Program-made: the position numbers and the translations under genes
Notes under the pieces: model-generated
The model's input: the letters and a program-made list of their open reading frames with translations, nothing else
What the model was told of the DNA's origin: nothing
The model's database searches: none
Assembly: GCA_021790215.1 (NCBI GenBank)
Contig: JAJYIG010000001.1
Span: 194-64,193, forward strand
Direction: 5' to 3'
Source: a bacterium
GTDB lineage: Bacteria; Patescibacteriota; Microgenomatia; UBA8517
DNA: 64,000 bases
In this document: one piece after another, positions 47,369 through 58,209 of the stretch
Layout of the letters: each line of letters starts with the position of its first letter
Numbering within the stretch: position 1 is the first letter of the stretch

Positions 47369-48245
47369 TAGACCAAAGAATAATTCTTAATATTACACCA
47401 AACTTTAGGATTGCCTGAAGTACGGGAATTTTCCACTTCGGTTCATGCTTCCTGTAAAGCAATATAAGATTTTGCAACTCATATATCACAGCTTTTTCGC
47501 TTCCTGTGGTCACCTGACCAAAGTGGATTATCTTCCATTTTGGTAAATACCAAACCTCCCATCCCGCTTTTGCAATTCTATTGGAAAGTTCAACTTCCTC
47601 AACATATAGGAAAAAGTCCTCATCAAAATATCCCGCCTCCTCCATTGCTTCTTTTCTCACCCAAAAATAGGCGCCCGTTACCCAATCTTGACGGTGGGGT
47701 TTTTTGAAAAATTCATCTCCTTTATAAAAAGGCGACCAACCATGAAGGGGGTGATAAGGTTTCACAAATCTGTCAACCCAGGGAATATCATCCAAAAAGA
47801 TCATCCAAGCCAAAACCCTTGGAAGAGTCGGGTAAAAACCTCCCGATCCCTGATATGTTTTTCCGTCAGAATTAAGAAGTGCGCAGCTGGAAAGTCCCAC
47901 TTTTGGATGTTTATCCATCCAGGAAATCATCTCTTTAAAAGTTTTTTTATCAATTATTTTAGTGTCCGAATTTAAAAGCAAAATATACCTACCTTTGGCA
48001 ATCTTCATCCCATAATTATTGTTCTCTCCAAAACCATGGTTTTCGTATTTTCTAATTAGTTTTACCTGAGGGAACTCCTTTGCCACCATTTTCGGAGTGT
48101 TATCTGAAGAGGCATTATCAACTACTATGACCTCGCTTGAGATGCCTTTCAGAGAAGAAAAGACACTTTTGAGACAATCCCAGAGCATGTTCTCAAAGTT
48201 CGTACTAACAACGATAATCGACAAGTCTACTTCCTTTTGTGCCAT
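47313..48245 (-). CDS. GT2-family glycosyltransferase
   Basis: LSIIVVSTNFENMLWDCLKSV ... VVDNASSDNT ... LLLNSDT. Confidence 0.85.
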   Translation of the reverse strand: MAQKEVDLSIIVVSTNFENMLWDCLKSVFSSLKGISSEVIVVDNASSDNTPKMVAKEFPQVKLIRKYENHGFGENNNYGMKIAKGRYILLLNSDTKIIDKKTFKEMISWMDKHPKVGLSSCALLNSDGKTYQGSGGFYPTLPRVLAWMIFLDDIPWVDRFVKPYHPLHGWSPFYKGDEFFKKPHRQDWVTGAYFWVRKEAMEEAGYFDEDFFLYVEEVELSNRIAKAGWEVWYLPKWKIIHFGQVTTGSEKAVIYELQNLILLYRKHEPKWKIPVLQAILKFGVILRIILWSIACKRDATKIYAKALKVI

Positions 48246-48781
48246 AAATAAGTTAGTGTCTCCCTAAACTCTCTAAATAAAATGATTACACAGACCATCT
48301 CGGCCACAAACACAGCAATTCTAATAAAAATTGAGGTTGGCATCATCTTTATTATAATTTTCTGTCGCCAAGTCTTGCCGTCAACATAAAAAACTGGCTG
48401 ATTATCATAACTCGGAGGTTCAAATCCGTTTATATAGATACTCTCCCTAAAAGGGTGAACCAACTCTTGTAAAAAAGTACTGCTCGTCTGGTCTCTGATA
48501 ATGGTTTGTGCATCCTCAGGCGGATAGTTTAGAAGAAGCGTCGGAATTTTTATACTCAAAAAATTTGAATGATCAAATTGATTCTCGTACCAGGTAATGA
48601 CCTGGGCTCTCGTGTAATTAGTAAAATATCCCCGTCTTAGAGGAGTTTCGAGATCCGCTGGTTCCCGAGACTGAAGTGAATCCGGAGGAGGCTTGGGAAA
48701 GTTAAAATTGGGCAACGAAATATAGAAAAGAAAAACCAAAGAGGCAACAACAAGCAAGACTTTTAGTATCTTGGCACCCAT
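48227..48781 (-). CDS. Hypothetical membrane-anchored protein
   Basis: 184 aa, N-terminal TM (ILKVLLVVASLVFLFYISL), C-terminal hydrophobic segment; no recognisable domain. Confidence 0.45.
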   Translation of the reverse strand: MGAKILKVLLVVASLVFLFYISLPNFNFPKPPPDSLQSREPADLETPLRRGYFTNYTRAQVITWYENQFDHSNFLSIKIPTLLLNYPPEDAQTIIRDQTSSTFLQELVHPFRESIYINGFEPPSYDNQPVFYVDGKTWRQKIIIKMMPTSIFIRIAVFVAEMVCVIILFREFRETLTYLWHKRK

Positions 48782-49404
48782 TATATTATTATCCTTTCTT
48801 CTCCAATTACTGTAATTCTACCATCATCAACTATTATTTCCTCACCATCCTTAAGAAGGTAAATCTTTTTACCAGTATATCTCGCCCTAATCTTGCGTAG
48901 GTATTTATCCTGGAAATGTGGAAAGATATCAAAATTAACTAACCGCAATGGTTTTATAACCTCAGTACCCCGTTCGTTATCCACAAAACCGAAGCTTGAG
49001 ACTTGTAAGGTCTGGCCAGCAACCATTGCTCCCGCACTTGATCCTACATACCATGCCGTCTTTAAAAGCGTCTTAATATATAAATCGACTTTACATCTCC
49101 TAATCCAATACATAAGGTATCCGGGCATTCCTCCTGCGAACCAAATTACATCTTGATCTTTTAGCTCTTTTATAACAGATTCATTCCGATAATCCTCCAA
49201 CAAAATCGGCTTTACCATTGCATCAAGCGTGTTAACTACCTTCCACGAACCATCTTTCTTTGTCTTCCAATGACCCCAATCTTGCTCTCCATTCGAAGCT
49301 GTGGGAATGTAGGCGATCCTCTTTCCCTTAAATCCCCCAAGAGATTCTTCTAGTCTAGCCAGTGTCAGTTCGTTTTTTACATTCGAAGCCAAAAAAAGTT
49401 TCAT
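48781..49404 (-). CDS. Peptidase S51 family (dipeptidase E/cyanophycinase-like, class I glutamine-amidotransferase fold)
   Basis: IWFAGGMPGYLMYWIRR ... YVGSSAGAMVAG matches the S51 GGNTF...GxSAG Ser nucleophile region. Confidence 0.65.
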   Translation of the reverse strand: MKLFLASNVKNELTLARLEESLGGFKGKRIAYIPTASNGEQDWGHWKTKKDGSWKVVNTLDAMVKPILLEDYRNESVIKELKDQDVIWFAGGMPGYLMYWIRRCKVDLYIKTLLKTAWYVGSSAGAMVAGQTLQVSSFGFVDNERGTEVIKPLRLVNFDIFPHFQDKYLRKIRARYTGKKIYLLKDGEEIIVDDGRITVIGEERIII

Positions 49405-49410
49405 AAGAAG

Positions 49411-50007
49411 CTACTGAAAAAGTCTGGCCCTCCCCAACTTGTAGTTTGGATTTTTGTTCTTTCTTTCCCCAATTACTTTGGCAGGAACCCCCCCCACAAT
49501 CGCAAAATCCGGAACATCTTTTGTAACAACCGCTCCGGCTGCAACAACCGCACCTTTACCGATTTTAACTCCTGGCAAGATTATCGCTCTGGGACCGATA
49601 AAGACGTAATCTCCAATTTGCACAGGCTCTTCCCGGGCTGAAAAATCTTCATTTTCCAAATCATGCTCCGAATTATAAATCATAACGGATGAAGCTATGT
49701 CAGTATGGTTACCTATATAAAGAGATGCTCTGCCATCTAAAAAAGCGTGATCACCCACGATAGTATCCTCACCTATTATTATTCCGTTAGGCTCAAAAAA
49801 ATTGGCCCACATGTGTATCACAGAGCCTCTGCCGATCTTCATTCCTGCCATAATATAGAAAAATTTACGAACAAAGTGCGACGGAATGTGGCTTACCCAC
49901 CTTAATATCATCAACTCCAGATCAAGAAAATAGTTATAAAAACGGTTCAGGACCTTGGGGAGGGCCTGCCCTAAAGTTAATGATCTGCCTGTTCTATCTT
50001 TAAACAT
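49411..50007 (-). CDS. Left-handed beta-helix (hexapeptide-repeat) acyl/acetyltransferase, sugar O-acetyltransferase-like
   Basis: Hexapeptide repeats [17 protein letters not shown]...[14 protein letters not shown]...[32 protein letters not shown]. Confidence 0.85.
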   Translation of the reverse strand: MFKDRTGRSLTLGQALPKVLNRFYNYFLDLELMILRWVSHIPSHFVRKFFYIMAGMKIGRGSVIHMWANFFEPNGIIIGEDTIVGDHAFLDGRASLYIGNHTDIASSVMIYNSEHDLENEDFSAREEPVQIGDYVFIGPRAIILPGVKIGKGAVVAAGAVVTKDVPDFAIVGGVPAKVIGERKNKNPNYKLGRARLFQ

Positions 50008-51124
50008 TAGTAATTATTTCTAGAGTTTCTCTTGCTGTTTTCTCCCAGGAAAACTTCTTAACCTGACTTAAACCCTTTTCAACTAAACTATTATACTTCA
50101 ATTTTGAGGCCGAGATCACTTTTTCAATTCCATCTGCAATGCTTCTTGTACTCTTCGGGTTGACCAAAACTCCTGCATCTCCAACAACCTCGGGAAGTGA
50201 GCCCGTGTTTGAAACAACAACGGGAACTCCGCAAGCCATAGCATTTAGTGCATCAAGACCAAAACCCTCCCAAAAAGAAGGAAGTACAAAAACTTTTGCA
50301 CCTTTAATTAAACCCTGTTTATCAACCTCCGGAATAAAGTCTGTAAAAATAACATCTTTTTCAAGACCAAGTTCCTCGACCTTTTTAAAAATCGGTTCAT
50401 AAAGCCACCCTTTTTTACCAGCAATGACCAACTTTAACTCATGACCCGTATTCTTTAATCTCAAAAAAGCCTCAACAAGACCTTCAATATTTTTGCTTGG
50501 CTTGAGGGTTCCCAAATAAAGTATATAGTCATCAACTATGGAGTATCTGCTCCTTATACGTCGCACAACCTTGTTAGAAACAAGGTTATTAAATTGATTT
50601 GGATCATAAGCCAAATATGTAATGTGTATTTTAGATTTTGCAGAGGGGTAGTGTCGTACAATATCGTCTTTTGTGCTTTGTGAGATTGCAATGATAGACT
50701 TTGATACAAAAATACTAATAGCAGTCCATATCTTTAATTGCCAAAAGTCCTTTTTTGTAAATTGTGTCGAATATTCGAGATATCCAAGATCCATTATTGA
50801 ACTTATCTTGGGCATGGGAGCAAGAAAAGGAACATAATGACTGGGAGAGAAGAAAATGTCAGGTTTGTCTTTCGCAAAAATTAAGTCTGGTGTCAGCTTG
50901 GTCAGAATCCACATTTTACCTCCCGGAATTATCTTATATTTAAAATGAGACGTTTCTTCCGGCATGTCCGGAAGAGGATCCTCTTTAAGATAAACTACAA
51001 GACTATGGCTTCTTTTCCATTCATCCTGTAGTTTCCAAAGATTTTGCAAGAGTTCAAAGGCATATTGATTCACCCCAACCCTATTCTTTATGTTCGCCTC
51101 ATTACCATCAATCCCTATCAACAT
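50000..51124 (-). CDS. GT4-family glycosyltransferase
   Basis: [39 protein letters not shown]; tandem paralog of 51188..52270. Confidence 0.85.
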   Translation of the reverse strand: MLIGIDGNEANIKNRVGVNQYAFELLQNLWKLQDEWKRSHSLVVYLKEDPLPDMPEETSHFKYKIIPGGKMWILTKLTPDLIFAKDKPDIFFSPSHYVPFLAPMPKISSIMDLGYLEYSTQFTKKDFWQLKIWTAISIFVSKSIIAISQSTKDDIVRHYPSAKSKIHITYLAYDPNQFNNLVSNKVVRRIRSRYSIVDDYILYLGTLKPSKNIEGLVEAFLRLKNTGHELKLVIAGKKGWLYEPIFKKVEELGLEKDVIFTDFIPEVDKQGLIKGAKVFVLPSFWEGFGLDALNAMACGVPVVVSNTGSLPEVVGDAGVLVNPKSTRSIADGIEKVISASKLKYNSLVEKGLSQVKKFSWEKTARETLEIITNV

Positions 51125-51187
51125 TTAACTTATTGTAAAGCAACCCACAGACATTCACAAAGGCATAGCTAACTAACATATATTAAG

Positions 51188-52270
51188 TCAAATGGAAGAT
51201 CTCGCCTCTTTGTAAACATCCAGTGTCATCCTAGCTGTTTTTTCCCAAGAAAAGTTTTTAACTTTTTTATAACCCTTGTCTATGTAACTTTTAGGGCCTC
51301 TTAGAACATCTTCAATTCCCTCCGAAATAGAGTCGACCTTGTAGGGATCAACTAAAGCTGCTGCTTCTCCAGCAACTTCAGCCATCGATGAGATATTTGA
51401 GGTCACAACCGGGCAGCCGCAGGCAAAGGCTTCCAAAATCGGTAACCCAAAGCCCTCATACAGTGAGGCGTAGATAAGAGCCTGTGCTCCGGAATACAAA
51501 GCAGGCAAATCTTCGAATGGTACTCTACCCAAGATTCTAACGTTTCTGGAAACCTTAATTTTCATATATTTTGGCTGTCCCACAAGAACCAGTTTCAAAT
51601 CTTTCCCTGCGCTTGATAGTTCAAAAGCCTTTATAATACGTTCGGTGTTTTTTCTGGGATCCAGGCCCACTGCCAATAGATATTCTCCAAACAGTTTATA
51701 TTTCCTCTTAACTAAGGCTATTTTTTCATCATAAACCCGCGTAAATACATGGGAAGCAGCCTCCGGAACAACTCTAACAAGCGACTGATTAAATCCAAGC
51801 CTAACCAAATCTGTTTTCGTTGATTCGGTAGGAACGATAATGCGTTTGGTTTCTTCCCTAACCCTAGCTAATTTAAATTTATGCGTATCAACAATGTTCC
51901 TTATAACATCTCTCGGAAATAGGTTCGGATATAAAAACGGCGCCAAATCATGCACTGTAGTTACTTTGAAAGCACTCGACGGCGGTTCTGCCCAATCTGA
52001 TGTATGAAAAACATCTACCGCACCAATGAGTTTTTCTATCGGCAGTACATGTAGCCGATTCCATAATAAATTCGACAAAGTTGGGGGAATAGGAAATATT
52101 TTGGCTTGAGGGAAAACGGAAAGAATATCCTGCTTACGCCTCAATGTTCCTGCATATAAGATATATTCATTCTCTTTATCGATATTGAGTAAATTTTGTA
52201 CCAAATTCTTTGTATAAAAAGAAACTCCTGTACCGTAAACTATCTGACTGATATCAATTGCTATTTTCAT
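51188..52270 (-). CDS. GT4-family glycosyltransferase
   Basis: ASLYEGFGLPILEAFACGCPVVTSNISSMAEVAGEAA; tandem paralog of 50000..51124. Confidence 0.85.
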   Translation of the reverse strand: MKIAIDISQIVYGTGVSFYTKNLVQNLLNIDKENEYILYAGTLRRKQDILSVFPQAKIFPIPPTLSNLLWNRLHVLPIEKLIGAVDVFHTSDWAEPPSSAFKVTTVHDLAPFLYPNLFPRDVIRNIVDTHKFKLARVREETKRIIVPTESTKTDLVRLGFNQSLVRVVPEAASHVFTRVYDEKIALVKRKYKLFGEYLLAVGLDPRKNTERIIKAFELSSAGKDLKLVLVGQPKYMKIKVSRNVRILGRVPFEDLPALYSGAQALIYASLYEGFGLPILEAFACGCPVVTSNISSMAEVAGEAAALVDPYKVDSISEGIEDVLRGPKSYIDKGYKKVKNFSWEKTARMTLDVYKEARSSI

Positions 52271-52336
52271 GACTTTTATTTCATATAAAATCCACTATCT
52301 GAGATTCTTGAATCGTTTAATTGTACTAATAGAATT

Positions 52337-53668
52337 CTATATTTTTTTGTATTTCCAAAAGATAACTCCGTTAAAGTTATATTCAGCGACTTTATTATAT
52401 CCCAAAATTTCGATTTTATTTCGGGCAGAATCTGTCGGGTCGGCAATCTCCCAAACATATCTTGAAAGCCAAATTTCCTTGGGGCCTCCCGAAAAATTCA
52501 CTGCATCAACTATTTGGTTACCCTTGCCGTAATAAATTAGAGCCTCTTTTTGTGAATCTGCGGGAACTACTATTTCATCACCGCCTATCATCTTGGCTGC
52601 CCCTCTCCAATTTTCTCTTTGAAACTTCGGGTTAAAAAGATAGTAACCGGAAGACCCAATATTAATAAGAAGTATCAGAGTAAATAAAGTCCTTAGCTGG
52701 TTTGTTCCGAGTCTTCTAAGTCCATTAGAAACTAAAATATAAAAAGGTGGCAAACAAAACAAAAATCGAAAATATGTAAGCGTGGGTATTTCAAAACTAA
52801 GAAGCACTCCAAAAAATATCGGCAAAAGAAGCCAAAACCACAGAATTTTTGCGCTTCTGACCACTTTTAACACCAAATAGGCAAAAAGTAAGAAGCTTAA
52901 TCCGAAAACAATTGCGTAAACATCTTTATTATCAAAACTGATTCTGCCTAAAATAAATTTGACCGGTATCAGAGCCATGTTTTTTATACTGACTGTGCCA
53001 AGCACCTTCCACCAAAGCGGTGAGACACTCTTAACCGACAGCCCTGTCAGTAGCTGCCTAGAAAATATCGGAAGCCATGCTAAAAATACTCCAACCAAAG
53101 GCAGGTTTGCCAATATAAACTTCTTCTTTCTAAATCCAAAAAACCAAAAGACTGGTAAAATTAGAAGCGAAGCGTAATCTGTAATTCCAAGAAGAGCTAA
53201 TGTAATAGAAAACCAAACCCACTTATTTTCGAGAAATAAAAATACCAGGAGGCCAACCAAAAATGCTGCCAAACTATACATCCGGGCCTCTTGTGAATAG
53301 TAAATCGAAAGACCGGAAGTAGCCAGCAGTATGGCCGAGATTAACCCGGTTTTTTTGTCAAAAAGTTTTTTTGAGATTAAATAAACCACATAAATTGTTG
53401 CAACACCAAAAATCACGGATGGAATCCGTAAAGAAATTTCCGAGTATCCAAAAATCTTAATCCAGAAATGCATTAGAAGATAATAAAAAGGCGGGTGAAA
53501 ATCCCCCGGGAGAAATTTTATAAAGAGATCAGTTAGAGGCATTTTGGCTGCCAAGGCAGTTGTTGCCTCATCAAGCCATAAAGATTGATTTATAGAAATC
53601 AACCTTAAAGCCACCGCCATAAATATAACAATCCAGATTGAAAATTTACTACTGATGAATCGATTCAT
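52337..53668 (-). CDS. GT-C fold membrane glycosyltransferase (PMT/ArnT-like)
   Basis: 443 aa polytopic. First loop motif LWLDEATTALAAKM (DE motif of GT39/GT83-type enzymes), then many TM helices. Confidence 0.6.
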   Translation of the reverse strand: MNRFISSKFSIWIVIFMAVALRLISINQSLWLDEATTALAAKMPLTDLFIKFLPGDFHPPFYYLLMHFWIKIFGYSEISLRIPSVIFGVATIYVVYLISKKLFDKKTGLISAILLATSGLSIYYSQEARMYSLAAFLVGLLVFLFLENKWVWFSITLALLGITDYASLLILPVFWFFGFRKKKFILANLPLVGVFLAWLPIFSRQLLTGLSVKSVSPLWWKVLGTVSIKNMALIPVKFILGRISFDNKDVYAIVFGLSFLLFAYLVLKVVRSAKILWFWLLLPIFFGVLLSFEIPTLTYFRFLFCLPPFYILVSNGLRRLGTNQLRTLFTLILLINIGSSGYYLFNPKFQRENWRGAAKMIGGDEIVVPADSQKEALIYYGKGNQIVDAVNFSGGPKEIWLSRYVWEIADPTDSARNKIEILGYNKVAEYNFNGVIFWKYKKI

Positions 53669-53674
53669 TGATAG

Positions 53675-54574
53675 TTATTTAGAAGATCTTCCTGTAATAA
53701 GATACTCTATAATCCCTACAAAAATCCCAAAATCATAAACAATTTTAAAAATTAAAAATGAATAACCAACTTTGTTGTGAAAATTGGAATTTGTGAATGA
53801 CTTATAAAAACCCACAATAAGCGATACAGGGAAACTTGATCTAAACAAGGCGACCAAGTAACCAATCAGACCTAGTTTATAGCTCCTTTTTCCCACCCAT
53901 TTTGCGTGAGTAAAAATCTCGGAAAGACTTTCCGGATTTTTGTGATAAAAGATTGCCCCGGGAGCTGCCGTTGCTTCATAACCCAGTTTTTTACTCAAAC
54001 TCCAATCATCGTCATACCCTCCGGGGGTGAAACCACCCACCCTATCAAATTCGCTTTTTAAAATCGCTCTGAAAACCGGTTGGTGATCAGGATAATTTTT
54101 GGGGTGACGGCGCCTTTCTTCCCAACCTTCATTTATATTCCAGCATCTTGCCCAGACATTATTCCAATTACTTACCAACTCTTCTTTACTGAAAGTACCT
54201 TTTACCTCGCCGGGGTCTTGCGAAGGAAGGTTTTGCATAATTGGAGCAATCAATTTTTCTAAAAAACCTTTGTCAAAAGTCATATCTGCATCAACAAAGA
54301 CCAAGATTCTTCCTTTTGCAGATTTTGCTCCCAGGTTCCTTGCCGATCCCGCCCCTTTGTGATCTTGTTTTAAAATTCTTAAATCTTTATCGCAAGGCGT
54401 CCTGTTTTTCTTAAATCTTAAATCAGATAAAATCCTAGAAGTTTTGTCATTACTTCCATCATCAACAGCAATAACTTCAAAACTTTTATAAGTCTGGTAA
54501 CATAAAGATTCTAAACATTCTCTTAAGACTTTATCTTCATTAAAAACCGGAATTATTACTGATACTTTAATCAT
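53675..54574 (-). CDS. GT2-family glycosyltransferase (candidate polyprenyl-phosphate sugar synthase, Dpm1/GtrB-like)
   Basis: VSVIIPVFNEDKVLRECLESLCYQTYKSFEVIAVDDGSNDKT ... VFVDADM (DxD). Confidence 0.8.
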   Translation of the reverse strand: MIKVSVIIPVFNEDKVLRECLESLCYQTYKSFEVIAVDDGSNDKTSRILSDLRFKKNRTPCDKDLRILKQDHKGAGSARNLGAKSAKGRILVFVDADMTFDKGFLEKLIAPIMQNLPSQDPGEVKGTFSKEELVSNWNNVWARCWNINEGWEERRRHPKNYPDHQPVFRAILKSEFDRVGGFTPGGYDDDWSLSKKLGYEATAAPGAIFYHKNPESLSEIFTHAKWVGKRSYKLGLIGYLVALFRSSFPVSLIVGFYKSFTNSNFHNKVGYSFLIFKIVYDFGIFVGIIEYLITGRSSK

Positions 54575-55773
54575 TTAGATAATTTAAAAACGGAATAACT
54601 GTTATTAACATCGGTCAATTTAGTTATCTTATACGCTCCCCCAGCCTTAATCTCCCAGGTGTCACTCTTTGCAAAATTATATCCGTTCGGGGCTAATACA
54701 TACAGAAGTTTAATACCCTTATAGTCCGTAACCGGAAGAGGATCCTTCTTAAATTGATAGATAAGAAAATACCTTAAAGGATAAGCTTGTTTATCAAAAT
54801 CAATTACCGACGCAACGTTAAAATCCTTTTTAGCATCAAGGGTAATTGCCTCGGCTGCCTTTTTCTGCTCCGCCACACTTAAGTAAATTGTTTCCGGGAT
54901 CGGATTTTTCAAATTCCAAAATATGTAAAGTCCGAGAACTGGAGAAATAAGCAAAAGGTTAAATCTGGACAAAAGCGCTCCGATAAAAACCGGAACAACC
55001 GAAAAAATGGGAAGCAGATAATAATAAGAAAAAGAAGCATCACTTTTTCCCATAAGAGTATCGATAAAATATTTCCAAATTGTTGTTGTCTCGTAAAAAT
55101 TATGCCGCATGTCAAAAAGAAACATTGGCAAGTTTCCTACAATAACTCCGACGACAAACATTAAAAACGAAGCAATCTTACTCTTGCTCTTAAAAATATT
55201 TATTAAAAATGTTACAAGGGCATAGGCAATAAATAAGATCTGAAGCCCAATACCAATCCCCGACAAAATTCCCAACGTCAAGAAATAATTGAGTTTGTAT
55301 TCGCTGAAATTCCTAAGAGTGATATAAAGAATTAGAATTCCGACAAGGGGTAGAAAATTGTAGTTCCATATAAAATATGAGTGATAAATCATGTAATTAT
55401 TAAACAAGAAGAGCACGGAAGCTATAATCCCAGCCTTGACGCCATAAAATTGTTTGGCAACCAAATATACAACAAGACCTGTGAATATATTAAGGAGAGC
55501 AAAGGCGACTGTAATCTTTGCGGGATCGAGACTGGAAAATAAGATTAGGGGCAAAAGAAGATAATTAAAAAACGCACCGGAAAAGATTATGTGAGAATTA
55601 CTGTCCTGCCGAAAATATTCCTGACCCAAGAGAGAGGGCTTTTTTAAATACTCAAGAGACGTAATTATGCTTCGCGATTGTTCCGTCCAAAAAATAATTT
55701 TCTGATCAAAATTATTAAAACGTACAAAATACGCAAAGAGAAAAATGCTACAAAGAATTAAAAAGTATTTCAT
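54571..55773 (-). CDS. Polytopic membrane protein with C-terminal soluble domain (possible GT-C-like; unassigned)
   Basis: 400 aa, about 9 TM then a ~110-aa extracytoplasmic tail; no diagnostic motif. Confidence 0.45.
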   Translation of the reverse strand: MKYFLILCSIFLFAYFVRFNNFDQKIIFWTEQSRSIITSLEYLKKPSLLGQEYFRQDSNSHIIFSGAFFNYLLLPLILFSSLDPAKITVAFALLNIFTGLVVYLVAKQFYGVKAGIIASVLFLFNNYMIYHSYFIWNYNFLPLVGILILYITLRNFSEYKLNYFLTLGILSGIGIGLQILFIAYALVTFLINIFKSKSKIASFLMFVVGVIVGNLPMFLFDMRHNFYETTTIWKYFIDTLMGKSDASFSYYYLLPIFSVVPVFIGALLSRFNLLLISPVLGLYIFWNLKNPIPETIYLSVAEQKKAAEAITLDAKKDFNVASVIDFDKQAYPLRYFLIYQFKKDPLPVTDYKGIKLLYVLAPNGYNFAKSDTWEIKAGGAYKITKLTDVNNSYSVFKLSK

Positions 55774-56773
55774 ATTTCTCAGTTATTTTATCCCAATCAA
55801 ACTTTTCTGCCTGAGTCCTCGGTTTATTCTCCCAATTCGTATTCATAGCTTTTTGTAAAGCCTTAGCATATTCATCAATATCGGTTGGGTCTACCAGGAT
55901 TCCTGCCTCACCAACTATTTCTCTTCTTACAGGATCGTCTGTGGCAACTACAGGCAGTCCTGATGCCATAGCTTCTACCAAAACGTTTCCAAACGCCTCA
56001 GAGGAAGCTGAGGGCAATGTAAAAACATCGGCTGCCCCATAAACTTCCGGCATTTTCTCAAAAGGCACGGATATTACCTCGAATCTTTCTTTACCCAACT
56101 TCTTAATTCCTAGATCGTAGATCTTGTCTCTTAATTCCCCTCCTCCACCGGCAATAATAAGCTTTACGTTCTTAAGTTTGGCCGCTGCATCAATGGTAAG
56201 ATTTAATCTCTTTTGTTCCGTAAATGCACCAACAGCTAAAATGATTTTTGTTTTATTCCTTAATCGATAATCTCTAACCTTAAATCTAGTCAGATCAACA
56301 CCGTTCGGGATTTTGATGATCTTTGCAAACGGAACTTTTTTTGCCCACTGTTCTGCTTTAGTCGAAAGAGCAACAAAAGCGTTTGGAAAACACCAAAGAT
56401 TGTTAAGATCATCCCATCCAATCCCCGATTGCCCGGAAATCACCATTTTAGATCCCCGAATCCAAGTTAAAATCCTGATAAACGCCGGCTGCCACCCACC
56501 ATTGAGAGGAATAATAATATCCGGTTTTTCTTTCCAAATTTCTGGAAGTTTTTTAAGGGTAAAGCCCGCAATTGCACGACCGTTTCTATCAAGAAATGGT
56601 CTTGAAAGACGGCTTTTAGACCTTGGAGGAACTATGATATCTCCCCCTGATATTATCTTTACTTTATTATTCTCGGAAAGCCTTTTGGAAAGTTCCTTTA
56701 CAAAAGTTTCAGCGCCTCTTGAGGTAGTATCCTGATAAATATTTAAAAACAAAACCTTCATTTTTGTATTCAT
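55748..56773 (-). CDS. GT4-family glycosyltransferase
   Basis: FTLPSASSEAFGNVLVEAMASGLPVVATDDPVRREIVG. Confidence 0.85.
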   Translation of the reverse strand: MNTKMKVLFLNIYQDTTSRGAETFVKELSKRLSENNKVKIISGGDIIVPPRSKSRLSRPFLDRNGRAIAGFTLKKLPEIWKEKPDIIIPLNGGWQPAFIRILTWIRGSKMVISGQSGIGWDDLNNLWCFPNAFVALSTKAEQWAKKVPFAKIIKIPNGVDLTRFKVRDYRLRNKTKIILAVGAFTEQKRLNLTIDAAAKLKNVKLIIAGGGGELRDKIYDLGIKKLGKERFEVISVPFEKMPEVYGAADVFTLPSASSEAFGNVLVEAMASGLPVVATDDPVRREIVGEAGILVDPTDIDEYAKALQKAMNTNWENKPRTQAEKFDWDKITEKYEILFNSL

Positions 56774-56794
56774 GTATTAATACATTAAAACAGC

Positions 56795-58159
56795 TTATTT
56801 GGGAACCAGTATCTCAATCCCGTCAACTTTATTGCTAATTTTATAGTTTGCTGAAACAAAAGCGTAGACCTTTTCCGGAATGTAAGAGGAAAGTCCTGTT
56901 TCAGAATATTGTTGAAGTAAAATTAATCTTGGTTTTGAGTTTTCCAAATCCGCAACTTCCTTTTCCTGAACTCCGTGAATTTCCTGGTACCAGGAAAGTT
57001 GCGGAACCCACGGATCAGTTGCAGGAAGCGTATCGGTTAATGCATAAAGACTATCCCAATAGTTCATTACAAAAATCTTTTCTCCCGGAATCGAGTTCTG
57101 CCTCACATAAGAAGCCACGTCCTGAACATCCTGCTCGTAGAACCTAATACCCTCGTCATAATTCCTGATGAAAAATACCGCCAATAAATATAACGATGCA
57201 AAAACATAAAATATTATAAGGAAACGGATTAAAACATTTTTCCAATTTAAGTTTGTAAATACCAGTCCAGAGACGATTGCAAGATATGGGACAGCGGGCT
57301 GAAAATGAAAATATTCAAACCGGGGGTAAGCCCCCAAACAACCGACAAAAGCCCAAATGGTCATTTGCAAGGGACGAACCCTTGCAGAACTATGAGATTT
57401 AAAAAACAAAGGAATGAAAATCGCAAAAGGAACTGCCGCAACAGCCAGGCTTCTCAAGTCCGGTAATTGTATCTGGCCCGAAGCTTTTGGCAAAATAAAA
57501 ACACCGAAATTCACAGCCCAGTAATAAAAACTTGGTAAAAGGTGAATGGCAAAAAGTAAAAACACGAAAGAGGTTAAAACTACCAACCCACCCAAAACAA
57601 AGTTCTTGCCGTCTTTAAAAATTGCTTTGGACCCGAAAATTTCGAGAGCCACGGGAACGATAAAATAAGCCGCCGTTTGTTTGGTAAAAACAGCCAGCGC
57701 AAAAAGAACGCCAGCAGCAAACCACTTTTTGATGCGCAAAAAGTAAAACGAGGCAAACATCCAAAAACCCATAAATAGATCAAACCAAAGTCCGTTCCCA
57801 TCAAAGAATAATTGCCAGATAACAAATGATGTAAGTGCAATGAGCGCAACTCTCCGCCCCCAGAGCCTCCTGACAACCCAAAAGAAAAAGGCATCGAAGG
57901 CCAAAATTAATCCCCAGGTAAATATCTGCAGTTGGGAAATTCCAACTCCGAATAATTTGTAAAAAACTGTAAGAAAGACAAGCAGTAAAGGTGTATGGGC
58001 AATTGCGATGTCTTTGTAGGGCAAAAGGCCGTGCAATGTTAAATATGGCCAGACAAGCATCTCCGGCCAGGCAGTAAATTTAAATTTCAACAGAAGAAGC
58101 AGGTGTAGTAGTAAAATCCCAACAAGAAATACTAATACTATTTTATTTATTCTACTCAT
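56795..58159 (-). CDS. Polytopic membrane protein (possible GT-C/mannosyltransferase-like; unassigned)
   Basis: 454 aa, 10+ TM, aromatic-rich loops; no diagnostic motif recognised. Confidence 0.45.
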   Translation of the reverse strand: MSRINKIVLVFLVGILLLHLLLLLKFKFTAWPEMLVWPYLTLHGLLPYKDIAIAHTPLLLVFLTVFYKLFGVGISQLQIFTWGLILAFDAFFFWVVRRLWGRRVALIALTSFVIWQLFFDGNGLWFDLFMGFWMFASFYFLRIKKWFAAGVLFALAVFTKQTAAYFIVPVALEIFGSKAIFKDGKNFVLGGLVVLTSFVFLLFAIHLLPSFYYWAVNFGVFILPKASGQIQLPDLRSLAVAAVPFAIFIPLFFKSHSSARVRPLQMTIWAFVGCLGAYPRFEYFHFQPAVPYLAIVSGLVFTNLNWKNVLIRFLIIFYVFASLYLLAVFFIRNYDEGIRFYEQDVQDVASYVRQNSIPGEKIFVMNYWDSLYALTDTLPATDPWVPQLSWYQEIHGVQEKEVADLENSKPRLILLQQYSETGLSSYIPEKVYAFVSANYKISNKVDGIEILVPK

Positions 58160-58209
58160 TAATTTCTATTATTAAATACACTACATTAATATATATCAAT
58201 GTAGTCAGA

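Noticed and set aside
49411-50007. Possibility that the LbH acetyltransferase is the missing GlmU acetyltransferase half
   Set aside because: It is embedded in the glycan island 30 kb away, is only 198 aa and has a WbbJ/maltose-O-acetyltransferase-like N-terminus. It is more plausibly a sugar O-acetyltransferase.
56313-57147. Plus-strand ORFs 56313..56735 (140 aa) and 56848..57147 (99 aa)
   Set aside because: Embedded antisense within a GT4 gene and a polytopic membrane gene, with no motifs.
58180-58205. Inverted repeat ACTACATT-N10-AATGTAGT between two minus-strand genes
   Set aside because: An 8-bp all-weak (A/T-rich) stem in a 50-bp AT-rich gap. It is not a convincing intrinsic terminator and was not included as a feature.
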